DNA from: an uncultured virus (IMG/VR IMGVR_UViG_3300005573_001064) | Lineage: Duplodnaviria > Heunggongvirae > Uroviricota > Caudoviricetes | DNA length: 64,000 nucleotides | Virus record (IMG/VR): IMGVR_UViG_3300005573_001064 | Strand: one strand, 5' to 3' | In this document: in pieces, positions 29,259-39,464 of the stretch | Numbering within the stretch: the stretch's first letter is position 1 | How the letters are laid out: every line of letters begins with the position of its first letter | Made by a program: the position numbers and the translations under genes | Notes under the pieces: model-generated | Seen by the model: only the letters and a program-made list of their open reading frames with translations | The model's database searches: none | What the model was told of the DNA's origin: nothing

Positions 29259-32200
29259 CTAAATCACCTTTTTTGTTATCCTTTCTGGTAATTCATGATA
29301 TTTAACAGGATGCTCCTTTTGCCATGCCTCGAACAATTCAGGATGCCGTGCTTTAAAAAATCTCCATTGGGCCTTCGAGCGGATGGGGTTCCCTCTGGCT
29401 TTTTTACATCCCATCAGCTCTATAAGTTCATCCATATGTTCCCGTTCTTCATCTCGAATGTGCCTCAGGATTCTCTTTTCTTTATTGGAATCGGCCTTTG
29501 AAATCATATCTGCATAATCACCAATGGCCCATCCTTCACCTTCAACTGCTTCTTTATAATCTTCATAAGTTAAGGGATTATTTTTAGGAACTTCAGTCTT
29601 TCTTCTTGCTCCTAAAACCCCTTCAATTATCCCATCAGCTATTTCACCCATTTTTCCTGAATAGAGATGTTTCTCGTTCAATTCAATAAGAACTGGTCTC
29701 CCTCCTTGTTTATGCGCCGTTATTTGAATCCAATTCCATCTCGCTGCTGGAGTAATTAAAACCCTAAATCCTCGGAGATTCAGAGCCGTCTTTATGTTAC
29801 TTACTAACTTGCAATCCGTTACTTCTGGAACTTTAAGAATTACTACATCATAATGTTGCCATTTCTCTTCACGGCTTCCCTTCTCAGGATAACTATGAAT
29901 GTCCAAAACTACATCCCCAATTTTTACTGATTTCCTTAAATCTACATACCATTGAGTTTCATCTGCATGTGGGCGATTCAGGTCTATGATTGTTCTATCA
30001 ATATCTCCCACCATTATTTTTACTGGGTTGTGATGGTTTGCCATTTCTTTAATTTTACTCTCGGCCTTCTTCAGAATTGGATACAGTTTCTCCTTATAAA
30101 TATACCACTGAACAGCATATAATGGCAATGCCAGGAATGCCCCGACAGCTCCCGCAATACCGCCTATTACGATATCCTGAACTGTAAACGGATTTACAAC
30201 ATATCCAGATTTCTCCAATCTTTTTAATTTGAGATAAATGGCATTAGCCAATGGTTCAGCAGCAAAATCCATTAGATGAGTTCCCTTAACGAAATGGGGA
30301 TATGCGTGTGGAACAGTTAATAGCACGGAATTTTCCCTTCTCTGAAGAACTTGTTTGTATGCTAATTTAACTGCCACATTCCTTGGATATCCAGCATCTA
30401 TATACCATCCCGTCCAAAATCGTATATCTTTCTTCTGTTTAGGCGTTAATTTGGGATTTTGATAGCGAACAAAGTGTTTGAATATGGATTTATGTTTCCT
30501 GAAGAAGTTACGCATCTTAACTGGCATTTGGTCCCATTTGAGTTTACAGTACAATTTAATCATCTTATTACGACCAGTTGGCCTAAACCTTACTTTCGGA
30601 CCAAACAGTTGTTTTGATAGCAAACTCAATTCTGGGTAAGAAACATCGCCTTTATCTATCTCCATCTCAAGAAAATCAGTAAATGCCAATTTCCTCTCCT
30701 CTTCTGTGAGAACATTCCAAATATCCCGAAGATTTATCACTGCAGGATTTCGTATATCTATCATGTTCAGTCTCCTCTTTGATTTACTCAGCGCAACCTT
30801 CATGCCTTCTTTGAATCCCTCTCTGTAGGATTTTGAAGTATCCTCATAATAGAGTTTTTTACCATAAGTCTTTTCAGATAAATATCGAAGGAAATGATTT
30901 ATCCAATGGTTGACTGATGTTTTACTTATACGAATGGGATATTTCTTTTCTTTCAGCAAGCATCCAATAATTTTACCATCAGAGAAACCTTCCGCAAATA
31001 GAGAAGCAGGTGTTCTTAAAGTTGTCATTGTTTGAGGCATAGCAGATGCCATAGTTTTCAATCTTTCAAATATTTCTCGTTGTTTTGTCTCCTTCTCCTT
31101 CATCTGAATACCTTTAATTATTTTTTTGATTCGTTCAAATTGGACTTGTTCTACCACTGAAATTGGAATCTTTTTCCTAATTCGTCTGACGACATCTAGA
31201 TAGAATCGTTCAACACCTTCAGGAACCGAAGGATATTTTCTGCGATAAAGTTTTTTAGGCAATCGTGTATTCTCTCGTTGAATAGATAAAACTGGTGTTA
31301 TATCTTCCCAAAATTCTTTGCCTGGCGAGGGTTTATAAATAATCCATTCCTCTGATACTTGCCACTTTTTAAGCCATTCCATTCGTAAACCAGCTGTCTT
31401 TTTATATTTATATCCCTTTCTTTTCAGGAGTCTCAAATATTTATTACGGACAGATTTATCTTTGAACACCAGTGCTATGAATGGATGCCCATCATGGCCT
31501 GAACAACTACCTGTTGTGGCTAAATCGGGATTCTTGTTTATGGTTTCTATATTTGATATTATACTCTGGTCTATATAATCTCCCCAATATTCTTTTTTGG
31601 GATATTTCTGATAAATTAATTTCGAATCTTTTATCAAGTTATCAGTGTATTCCTTTATATCTTTTAAATTAATCTTTGCAGGATTGCTTGGAGGCATCCA
31701 TTTCCGCAACTCTGGAATCTTTTCCTTACAAAACATTGACAGGTATATCTTTGCTCGTCGGACATATTCGCTCGTTCTTAAAATGTCTTGACCTAGAGTT
31801 GATTCTGGAGTTACAACTGCCCCCCTTTTCCGTTCAACATCTCTTTTAATCCCTTCCAGCTTTTTCAATGTCCTCAAACCTTCTTTCCCGTAAAGAAAAC
31901 CCCATGCCTGTTCACATGAATCAAACCATGAGATGGATTCCCAAAACTTTTTAGGTTCCTTAACACAGTAAACTTTAATTCCTAACGATTCTGCCATTTT
32001 ACAGTTCTTTTCTTCGTCATCATAAAATTCAACGATATCATATTCCTTCATCAGTTGTCTTAATTTTTTTTCTTTATAGATTTCACTCTTAATATAGCGT
32101 TCTTCTGGTTCCCTTAAAATATGTAAACCGTCAGGAAATCCATGAATGTCGAGCCATTTTGCCATACCTGGTCGCATACTTGCAAATCTTCCAGTCAAAT

Positions 32201-32435
32201 AAATTATATAATATTTCTTGGATTTGCTCTGAAGATACTCTGCTGCATTGGGATAGGGTTCATCCCATTCCTGTAACTGATTAGACATAAAAATATCCCA
32301 ATTAATTTTTTCTGGGCCACCCGCATATTTTAGTCGTTTGGAAACGTCAGCAATCGTAAAATCAAGGTCCACAACGATTGCTTTGGGCTGCGTTCCCCCA
32401 TTGGACTTTGTATGATGAAGTGGCATCAGAATCAA
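29259..32435 (-). CDS. Mosaic polyprotein: HAD phosphatase, TYW3-like motif, N-formylglutamate-amidohydrolase-like domain, ferritin-like domain
   Basis: VVDLDFTIAD/YLTGR/YDDE; TTGSCSGH; LLTVPH...R..IDLNR...LDIHS...IEL; E..E..AI.DY...EEREH. Confidence 0.75.
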   Translation of the reverse strand: MILMPLHHTKSNGGTQPKAIVVDLDFTIADVSKRLKYAGGPEKINWDIFMSNQLQEWDEPYPNAAEYLQSKSKKYYIIYLTGRFASMRPGMAKWLDIHGFPDGLHILREPEERYIKSEIYKEKKLRQLMKEYDIVEFYDDEEKNCKMAESLGIKVYCVKEPKKFWESISWFDSCEQAWGFLYGKEGLRTLKKLEGIKRDVERKRGAVVTPESTLGQDILRTSEYVRRAKIYLSMFCKEKIPELRKWMPPSNPAKINLKDIKEYTDNLIKDSKLIYQKYPKKEYWGDYIDQSIISNIETINKNPDLATTGSCSGHDGHPFIALVFKDKSVRNKYLRLLKRKGYKYKKTAGLRMEWLKKWQVSEEWIIYKPSPGKEFWEDITPVLSIQRENTRLPKKLYRRKYPSVPEGVERFYLDVVRRIRKKIPISVVEQVQFERIKKIIKGIQMKEKETKQREIFERLKTMASAMPQTMTTLRTPASLFAEGFSDGKIIGCLLKEKKYPIRISKTSVNHWINHFLRYLSEKTYGKKLYYEDTSKSYREGFKEGMKVALSKSKRRLNMIDIRNPAVINLRDIWNVLTEEERKLAFTDFLEMEIDKGDVSYPELSLLSKQLFGPKVRFRPTGRNKMIKLYCKLKWDQMPVKMRNFFRKHKSIFKHFVRYQNPKLTPKQKKDIRFWTGWYIDAGYPRNVAVKLAYKQVLQRRENSVLLTVPHAYPHFVKGTHLMDFAAEPLANAIYLKLKRLEKSGYVVNPFTVQDIVIGGIAGAVGAFLALPLYAVQWYIYKEKLYPILKKAESKIKEMANHHNPVKIMVGDIDRTIIDLNRPHADETQWYVDLRKSVKIGDVVLDIHSYPEKGSREEKWQHYDVVILKVPEVTDCKLVSNIKTALNLRGFRVLITPAARWNWIQITAHKQGGRPVLIELNEKHLYSGKMGEIADGIIEGVLGARRKTEVPKNNPLTYEDYKEAVEGEGWAIGDYADMISKADSNKEKRILRHIRDEEREHMDELIELMGCKKARGNPIRSKAQWRFFKARHPELFEAWQKEHPVKYHELPERITKKVI

Positions 32436-32438
32436 CCC

Positions 32439-32654
32439 CTATTTCAACCTGGATTCCATAGATTTGAGCCATTTCCTCACAAGAAAGACCAGATTAGCAT
32501 GATGCTTATGCCCTATATCTTCCAGATGTAATTGTATATATTCCAAAGCGTCTTCTGCCTCCTTAAATGACTCGATTTTTTCAGGATTTTCCTTTAGCCA
32601 TTCCCTGAATAGTTGCTTAAAAACTCGCTCTTTTTCAGCATATGATTTTACCAT
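32439..32654 (-). CDS. Small helical hypothetical protein
   Basis: GGAGGT RBS. Confidence 0.55.
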   Translation of the reverse strand: MVKSYAEKERVFKQLFREWLKENPEKIESFKEAEDALEYIQLHLEDIGHKHHANLVFLVRKWLKSMESRLK

Positions 32655-32665
32655 TGCATACCTCC

Positions 32666-35600
32666 TTACTGCATGTAGAGATTCACATTCCTCAGGAAGG
32701 GTTTATCGAAATAGGAAATATCAGCAAGTTTCTTACGCATCTCAGCTGTCATTGGTTTAAATCCTAGCCTCCTATACTGAGATATTTCCATAGGAGATGC
32801 TATTACCCCTATCATTTCTAGCCCTTTTATTTCCGATAGACCAATCAGGATAGTTTTAAGTATTTTTCTAGCTCTTTTCTTTTCCTTTTTACCCATAGCA
32901 GAGCGTAATATTTCTTTCAATTTGTATTCCTTCATGTAATCCTCGAACATGATTTGTTTCTTCTGGAACTCATCCCGTATTAACTTTATTGCTTTTTGAG
33001 ATTCTGCCTTTGTCATTTCGCCCGTAATTACCTTCTTTTGAATTTGACCTATTTTTTCTTTCAGCCCTTTTTGCATTTTAGACAATTCATCAGGCCTAAT
33101 TTTCGGTTTTTTTGCCAGTCGTGATAATTCTTTCCGATATTTGGCTTCCTCACCTTCAGGTAGAGGATGCACTGTTTCCCATATTATTTCTTTCTTTATG
33201 AACGGGCCTGGCCGTTCCTTCGCCATTTGATATTCAGTACCCCATACAACTAATGCCTTACCTGAAACGTCATAATCTACTGTAACCCTCATGTTCATCC
33301 TACTGATGCTTATAGAATCACGAAAAACCTTCGGTTTCTCTTCAGGTTTCTCTTCTTTGCTTTCTTTAGGCATGATTTTCCGAGGGATTAGTTTCTTGCC
33401 AGTCTTAATCTCTATCGCACGAAGCATTTGGCTGAGAGACATCCTTGAAATTGGTTTAACCCCTTTGTGCAATTTAGAATAAGGCAGTTTGGTATTCTTC
33501 TTCATACCCAATTCTTTAAACTTCCTCTGAACTTTCTTGTAAGTCTTAACCGTTTCTTTCAACACTTCAGAAAGTTTTCCAATAGGAACATCCCTGTAAG
33601 GCAAAGAAGTTCCAGGGATTAAATCTCTTTCAAAGTTCACCTTATATCTTCTGAATGATTTAATTAATTTATTGACTTCAGACATTTTTTCATTAAGATA
33701 CCTAGCATACTTACGGCTAAACTTTACAGGAATCCCCTCTTCCATCCCCTCCTTTAAATAGTATCTTAATTGGTACACAGTCATTCCTAATACTTTCTTT
33801 TTCGTCCCCTTTGACAGCTTAATTTCTCTGATTCGTTTGGCCCATTGGAACCCTTCTGGTTTCTTCTTTACAGTCTTTGGCTTCTTCTCTTCTACCCTTT
33901 TAATTAGTTGAGTTCCTGTTAATAGTCTAAATGCTTCTATCATTTCAGAGAAACTCATCTTGTTAAGGGGTTTTTTCTTCATAGAAGGGCCATATCTTAA
34001 CATATCTGTTGTTTTAATTTTCCTCTTCGCAAACTCTTTCATTATACTGCGATATACTTTTTCAGCCTCACTAAAAGAAATCATTTTCTGATGTATGCTC
34101 AATTCCCTATATTGCTTCCCTGTTATCGGGTCAATATCCACTACAGGATTTATTTGAATCTTCATAAATTCTTTATCCAATAGAGCGACCCTCGATAAAG
34201 TTGATTTTACGAATTTCCTATATCTGGGAGAATATCTTATATCCTCGGATATTTCTGTATCATGCATTTGAAGTTGTTCTGTTGTCATGTCCAATATAGA
34301 ATTTCGTGTCTTCTTATTATAAAGGTACATCTGATTCAATCTTAAAGGTAATTGGAGCATTGATGGACGATTAGATATTTTAGAACTATATTTAGCATCA
34401 AATAAGATTCTTTCTTTAGTTAAACTGCTTGTAATATTCCGATGGAGGGGTTCTGAAAAGTTGGAAAGAATCGCATTCAATACTGCAATTCTTTTTTCAA
34501 GAGGCAACTTTCTTTTCCATCTCAGTATTCCATCTTTTATTGTAATCATCTTCAGTAAATCAAGTGGTTCTTGTCTCATCGCCCAATACATTTCTTTGTG
34601 AATATCAGGAATTGATTTCCTCCATTCCTTATACTTTTTAGCCTGCATCCATCCTTCATAAACCTTATCGGATAATACAGAAGGCATTCTTTGTCCGACT
34701 TTAATTTTCTTTCGTCTTAAATACTTTCTGAGCCTAGCAGAACTTTTCTTATCAAAATCCTCGTAGTCGAAGATTCCAAGTTCCATCAGTTCGGCGTATA
34801 TCTTCATTTGATGGATTGTATCAATATGCAGAGGAGGCTTTTGATGCTCTATCTTACCATACCTATCTGCATTCTTTTTTACAATATTGAATATGCTTTG
34901 AACTGTTCGATATTTGCCCGTAACAATATCATAGGGAGACATCTTCCGCATGGTCTTTATATGGATATAATTAGTATTCAGATAATTTAAATCATTCCGT
35001 AGTTCATTCACCAGAATGCTATAATATGGTTTAGTAGACCATTTCATATATTGAGCTGAATAATAATTTATATGGCGTTTCAGTTTATCAAGAACTATTT
35101 TTCGATTCTTGGCAATTCTCGATAAAAGTTGGATTCTGAGGCGAACCTTATCTTCGACAGAAATTTTACTTGCTAGCATCTTAAATTTCCGTTTGACTTT
35201 CTGGGTCTCTATTTCCATCTTCTTTTCAGCAAGTTTCCTGGCCTTCGGCCCCATCTCTTTGAGTTCCTTCTTTGAATAGATTTTTTTAGTGTGAATGTCT
35301 AAAATTTCTAACTGTTTCTCATTCAATTTGCGATATGTTGCAGGAAACGTCTTTTTAAACCATAATCTGCGAATATGAATTACACGGCCCTTCTTTTTAG
35401 ATTTTGCTGGAATCCGAGCAATCCGCTGAGCAAAATAATTATCGTCAGTTTCTCCTATACAGGCCAATGATTCAAAAGATTCTTCAATTTCTGATGGGGT
35501 ATTTCCCTTGATTGGCCTAGTTCTTCCATACAGCCAACAATAAGGTGGGAAATCAGTAGATTGCGTCTTTTGTTCTTCAGAAAAATGCAACCAGGGGCAT

Positions 35601-35866
35601 TTGCTGCATTTAAGCCCCCGTTGCAGCATTGACCTACCAAACATATTGCGTTCATTTTCGTTTAACTGTTCCTCGATTTTTCTCCTTCTCGTTAGATAAT
35701 CTTCTTTAGATTCTCTTTCCTGCGGAGTTAAATCTCTTTCTGAAATCGGTATCAACTTTCCCTCTTTAGGTAGATATATTTGTGCTTCAGGTTGTACCAT
35801 CGGAATCCCTCTGTTCCTTTGCCTTACAGCTGTTCTAAATCCTTCAATCCAGAAACCCTTTTCCAC
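32666..35866 (-). CDS. Large basic hypothetical protein with Cys cluster and internal repeats
   Basis: CSKC...C...C; repeats KMSFSEMIEAFRLLTG/RMSLSQMLRAIEIKTG and MTTEQL/MTVYQL. Confidence 0.65.
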   Translation of the reverse strand: MEKGFWIEGFRTAVRQRNRGIPMVQPEAQIYLPKEGKLIPISERDLTPQERESKEDYLTRRRKIEEQLNENERNMFGRSMLQRGLKCSKCPWLHFSEEQKTQSTDFPPYCWLYGRTRPIKGNTPSEIEESFESLACIGETDDNYFAQRIARIPAKSKKKGRVIHIRRLWFKKTFPATYRKLNEKQLEILDIHTKKIYSKKELKEMGPKARKLAEKKMEIETQKVKRKFKMLASKISVEDKVRLRIQLLSRIAKNRKIVLDKLKRHINYYSAQYMKWSTKPYYSILVNELRNDLNYLNTNYIHIKTMRKMSPYDIVTGKYRTVQSIFNIVKKNADRYGKIEHQKPPLHIDTIHQMKIYAELMELGIFDYEDFDKKSSARLRKYLRRKKIKVGQRMPSVLSDKVYEGWMQAKKYKEWRKSIPDIHKEMYWAMRQEPLDLLKMITIKDGILRWKRKLPLEKRIAVLNAILSNFSEPLHRNITSSLTKERILFDAKYSSKISNRPSMLQLPLRLNQMYLYNKKTRNSILDMTTEQLQMHDTEISEDIRYSPRYRKFVKSTLSRVALLDKEFMKIQINPVVDIDPITGKQYRELSIHQKMISFSEAEKVYRSIMKEFAKRKIKTTDMLRYGPSMKKKPLNKMSFSEMIEAFRLLTGTQLIKRVEEKKPKTVKKKPEGFQWAKRIREIKLSKGTKKKVLGMTVYQLRYYLKEGMEEGIPVKFSRKYARYLNEKMSEVNKLIKSFRRYKVNFERDLIPGTSLPYRDVPIGKLSEVLKETVKTYKKVQRKFKELGMKKNTKLPYSKLHKGVKPISRMSLSQMLRAIEIKTGKKLIPRKIMPKESKEEKPEEKPKVFRDSISISRMNMRVTVDYDVSGKALVVWGTEYQMAKERPGPFIKKEIIWETVHPLPEGEEAKYRKELSRLAKKPKIRPDELSKMQKGLKEKIGQIQKKVITGEMTKAESQKAIKLIRDEFQKKQIMFEDYMKEYKLKEILRSAMGKKEKKRARKILKTILIGLSEIKGLEMIGVIASPMEISQYRRLGFKPMTAEMRKKLADISYFDKPFLRNVNLYMQ

Positions 35867-36543
35867 ATAGGCCGTCCCCTGTTTTCAACGGCCTTGAATT
35901 TCGAGAGCAAATATTCTCTTCCTGTTGTTCCATAAAACTCTGGTATCTGTTCAAGACGAATGTCCTTACTGTTCACCCCCTTATCGGGGCGGTCCCTAAC
36001 GAATTTGAGACCAGCCCTGATGCTAAATGGTTTCAATTTACGATATTCAGGTGGAAGTGGTATAGGTTTCAATCTTCCATCTGAGCTCACCTTAAATGCA
36101 TTCCAATACTCCCTTCCAGGAGCTGTTTCTAAATATGTTACTTCAACCACATATCTGGGTTTTACATAGAGTTTGCCACCTATCTGCTTGACCTTATCTT
36201 TCTCCAGTTTTTTCCTCATTTTAGCCTTCCACTCGTCCGTCCCACCAGACATTTTTCCAATCTCAATGATTCGCCCCTTCTTATCCATCAGACCTAGATA
36301 CAATGAGCCGAACATTCCCCTCGGCCACATCTTCCCAGTGGTATCTATTGCAAGAATGACAGCATCAATATTTTGCCAGGTTTTGACCTTGACTATCCGA
36401 TACAACGGCCCTTTCTGCTCAGTTATGACAAGCCCTTCGAAATTTCTGGAGAGAACCCAATCTCGCCATATTTCCTGAATTTCCTTTATTCCGCCAATTT
36501 TATATGGTATCACCCTGATAGTCATGAGACTCTCCCCAAACAA
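35824..36543 (-). CDS. ATP-dependent DNA ligase, C-terminal part (motifs IV-V and OB domain)
   Basis: FEGLVI, VKVK, IDAVILA, GSLYLGL, IGKMSGG, VKPRYVVEV, R...FVRDRPDK. Confidence 0.85.
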   Translation of the reverse strand: MFGESLMTIRVIPYKIGGIKEIQEIWRDWVLSRNFEGLVITEQKGPLYRIVKVKTWQNIDAVILAIDTTGKMWPRGMFGSLYLGLMDKKGRIIEIGKMSGGTDEWKAKMRKKLEKDKVKQIGGKLYVKPRYVVEVTYLETAPGREYWNAFKVSSDGRLKPIPLPPEYRKLKPFSIRAGLKFVRDRPDKGVNSKDIRLEQIPEFYGTTGREYLLSKFKAVENRGRPMWKRVSGLKDLEQL

Positions 36544-36594
36544 GGGGCAGATTTCTTAAGGGGAAAGAGGGATGAACCTCAAAAAATCTGCCCC
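36544..36594 (-). terminator. Hairpin after the inserted membrane-protein gene
   Basis: GGGGCAGATTT...AAATCTGCCCC inverted repeat. Confidence 0.55.
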
Positions 36595-36609
36595 ACAAAT
36601 AATAGTCAG

Positions 36610-37146
36610 CTATATCTCCAAATCGTCCTCTTCGGGCTTCTTCTCTTCTGGCTTCTTCTCTTCTATCTTTTCCTCAGACTTCTTCTCTTCTGGCTTCTTC
36701 TCTTCTATCTTTTCCTCAGACTTCTTCTCTTCTGGCTTCTTTTCCTCTATCTTTTCCTCAGATTTCTTCTCTTCCTCTGAACTTTTCTTCTCCTTTATCT
36801 TCTTTTCTGCACTCTTCTTTTTACTAATCCTTATTTCAGACTTTTCTTCATGCTTCTTCTTTTTGGTTTTCTGTTTTTGACCATTCGTTCTTCGATATAT
36901 CGCCAAACAGATAAATTGAATAAACAAGGTTAATCCCCCTGTTGAAGCGTACTGGTAGGCCTGGTCATAAGTCCATCCGTTAAATGCAGCAATCCCACCA
37001 ATTACCGCACCAATGGCTACTGTAGTAAAGGCTTTGGAATTGTCGAAGGGTTCGACTTTAGTATGCTTCGCATATCCAATCAGCGATGTTATCGCACCCA
37101 TCAGCACGCCTATGGTTATACCCCAAAGTATCTCCAGTATTTCCAT
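36610..37146 (-). CDS. Holin-like membrane protein with E/K tandem-repeat tail
   Basis: Three TM helices; about 3 copies of a 42-bp unit encoding SEEKIEEKKPEEKK; GGAGGT RBS. Confidence 0.6.
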   Translation of the reverse strand: MEILEILWGITIGVLMGAITSLIGYAKHTKVEPFDNSKAFTTVAIGAVIGGIAAFNGWTYDQAYQYASTGGLTLFIQFICLAIYRRTNGQKQKTKKKKHEEKSEIRISKKKSAEKKIKEKKSSEEEKKSEEKIEEKKPEEKKSEEKIEEKKPEEKKSEEKIEEKKPEEKKPEEDDLEI

Positions 37147-37161
37147 AATCTACCTCCGTCT

Positions 37162-39285
37162 TTATGGACTTCCAAACAGTTCTTTTAATTTTGCCAGCCT
37201 GTCCTTATATGGCACTTTTGGGAAATATCGTTTACCATCAATCTGATAAATATCAAATGCCCAGAATTGCATATATTTCGACCAGGCATTCCAATCATCC
37301 GATGTCAATATTGAATTTGAAGTCCCAGGTATTCTTGGGGGGAATGGGAGCATCTTACCCTTGTCCATCCCAAAGGCCTCACCAAACAGTATTACTTCTT
37401 TATATCCTTTCTTCATACAGAACTCTTCGAACTCGGTTGTTATAGGATTCTGGATGTATAAATGTGAGCCATGATTTGCCATGAGTGTTTTCGTTTTGAT
37501 GCCAGTCATTTTCTTGTGCGTTTTAACATCTTCGCCCACCAGACCTATTCCGCTCTTTTTGAAATGTAGGCATTCCAACTCGCCATCAGCTTTAACTGAT
37601 ACTATAATTCCCTTTTTACCTCGATAGAATTTCAAAGCCTCATCATACAGAAGGTCGGGCCAATTCCCTCGATAGTTCTTCCACAGATGGGCTAATTTTT
37701 GGTCAGGATGTTCCATCGGTTTCGTATATATGCGTATAGGTCTTTTTCTGGGCAATTTAAATTCCCTTTTTAATTCAACAGTTTTTTCTGCCAATTCAGG
37801 ATAACGCAATAAAATTAACTCCTTTACATCATCCTGTATTTTATCTAATGTAGTTTCCCCCTTCAGGAGTTCCTTTCTAAATTGTTTTACGGCTTTATTG
37901 ACCTCTGATGGTGAATATCCCGTTTTTATATGTATTTTCTTAAGCAGTTTATCTTCCTTCTCAACCTTCTTTCGTCTCAGCCTTTTCTTTTGAATCTTTC
38001 CAGGATGGGCCACAAGTTGGACTATCCAGTGATAGGCATCATCAAAGGTAACGAATGTGTCTTTAGCAAACAATTTACTATCTCTGAATACACTAACTTT
38101 GATGGCGGTACGATACACATAGAAATTTTCCAATACAGATATTTTTATATGCCAAGGTGACTTCTTCAATCTAATTACAGATACTGCCCTCAATGCATTC
38201 ACTCGGCCCCAGAGATATTCAAATTTATTGTACGATTCCTTAAACGCATATTTTGTTCTGATTTTCCATCCTTTGAAATGTTTTTTCAGGCGATTTACAA
38301 ATTTCTTTATCTCTGTCTCAATTTCACCACGATGATAGTGAGGTTTAGGATGCCTTACTGGCGGAGCAAATTCCTCCGCTTTTTTTTCTTGACCTAACCC
38401 AAACGGCAGAAAATCGTCAATCATTTTCATATATTCGTTCAAACGCCTTTCGACCTTTACAGGATGTGAATCAATGACCTTAAATTTCATCACATTTTCG
38501 GGTTTTACTGGAATCGCTACTTTCCCTGTATGAGTTTTACCACCAGGTGAAACGTGCTGGCTAAAGAAGAATCGAATCATCCTTCTTTTAGCGTTCACCG
38601 AATAATCCACCGAAATCTTACCAGGAGGTGCTCTTTTAATCGTCTTGGATACTGTCAATCCTTCCACTTTCTCGGCCACGGGGAAAATTATTTCATCACG
38701 GACCTCTTCATAACTGCCCATCGGCTTATTATCGGGACGTTTGAACCATACCTGCCAACTCTTTCCTGTAAACATGGGTAGGGAATATAGGCCCATCTTC
38801 AGCAATTCACGGCATATCTGAACAATCATCGGGCGTGATTCTACTTCTGTCCTTCCAGCGCCGATATCTATATCAAATATACCTATTTTCAAGTCTTTAC
38901 CTGTATGGGTAGGCTCGAAAAACAATGTACAGAAGCCCCGATTCATCACCGCTGTACCGCACCCTTTGAATTTACCGATTGATTTGATGGATTCTCCCTT
39001 TTCCCATCCAGTCCAATCTCCCATCCATTCCTTAATGTCTTTCTCGGATTTCAGCATTATGCCCTTCATAAAGCGTGGGAAACAGTTTCGTTTGGGTATC
39101 AGAACTTGGCATCCGCTTTTTGAAAAGTTTATGGGGCAGATATTATGGAACATCGTTTTCCTCAGCATGAAGGGCAGCACTTTCTTGGCAAATGCCAGTC
39201 TGCGATTCTGGGCCAGGAGTGCTTTCTCTTTCCCCACTACCCGTTCACAGGTTTTAGTAAGGTCTGTAACCCAAAGTTTGGACAT
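37162..39285 (-). CDS. ligD: LigD-like protein: AEP primase-polymerase domain fused to the N-terminal part of an ATP-dependent ligase
   Basis: FDID, FTGKSWQVW, VDYSVN, VAIPV (Pol domain); KADG motif I, LFGE motif III, AFDIYQIDG motif IIIa. Confidence 0.72.
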   Translation of the reverse strand: MSKLWVTDLTKTCERVVGKEKALLAQNRRLAFAKKVLPFMLRKTMFHNICPINFSKSGCQVLIPKRNCFPRFMKGIMLKSEKDIKEWMGDWTGWEKGESIKSIGKFKGCGTAVMNRGFCTLFFEPTHTGKDLKIGIFDIDIGAGRTEVESRPMIVQICRELLKMGLYSLPMFTGKSWQVWFKRPDNKPMGSYEEVRDEIIFPVAEKVEGLTVSKTIKRAPPGKISVDYSVNAKRRMIRFFFSQHVSPGGKTHTGKVAIPVKPENVMKFKVIDSHPVKVERRLNEYMKMIDDFLPFGLGQEKKAEEFAPPVRHPKPHYHRGEIETEIKKFVNRLKKHFKGWKIRTKYAFKESYNKFEYLWGRVNALRAVSVIRLKKSPWHIKISVLENFYVYRTAIKVSVFRDSKLFAKDTFVTFDDAYHWIVQLVAHPGKIQKKRLRRKKVEKEDKLLKKIHIKTGYSPSEVNKAVKQFRKELLKGETTLDKIQDDVKELILLRYPELAEKTVELKREFKLPRKRPIRIYTKPMEHPDQKLAHLWKNYRGNWPDLLYDEALKFYRGKKGIIVSVKADGELECLHFKKSGIGLVGEDVKTHKKMTGIKTKTLMANHGSHLYIQNPITTEFEEFCMKKGYKEVILFGEAFGMDKGKMLPFPPRIPGTSNSILTSDDWNAWSKYMQFWAFDIYQIDGKRYFPKVPYKDRLAKLKELFGSP

Positions 39286-39289
39286 GTTC

Positions 39290-39442
39290 TCACTCAGGTG
39301 GTACAGTAAGCGTTATAGACGCCTTGTAGATGTCGCCAAGTTTTTTCAGGAGAACAATCTCCTCTTTGCCCAGAGTCTCTCGACTTTGCAAAGCATTGAT
39401 TAAGATTGAGAGTTCCAGGTCATTCAACTCTACTTCTGCCAT
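39290..39442 (-). CDS. 50-aa hypothetical protein
   Basis: Translated by hand (MAEVELNDLELSIL...); GGAGGT RBS. Confidence 0.5.
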   Translation of the reverse strand: MAEVELNDLELSILINALQSRETLGKEEIVLLKKLGDIYKASITLTVPPE

Positions 39443-39464
39443 AAACTACCTCCTGTTTTTCCTC

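Noticed and set aside
36373..36880. Plus-strand Ser/Phe- or Leu-rich ORFs (also 52979-53675, 60332-60772, 61729-62427 and many similar)
   Set aside because: Antisense shadows of minus-strand genes and their coding repeats; no RBS or recognisable motifs.
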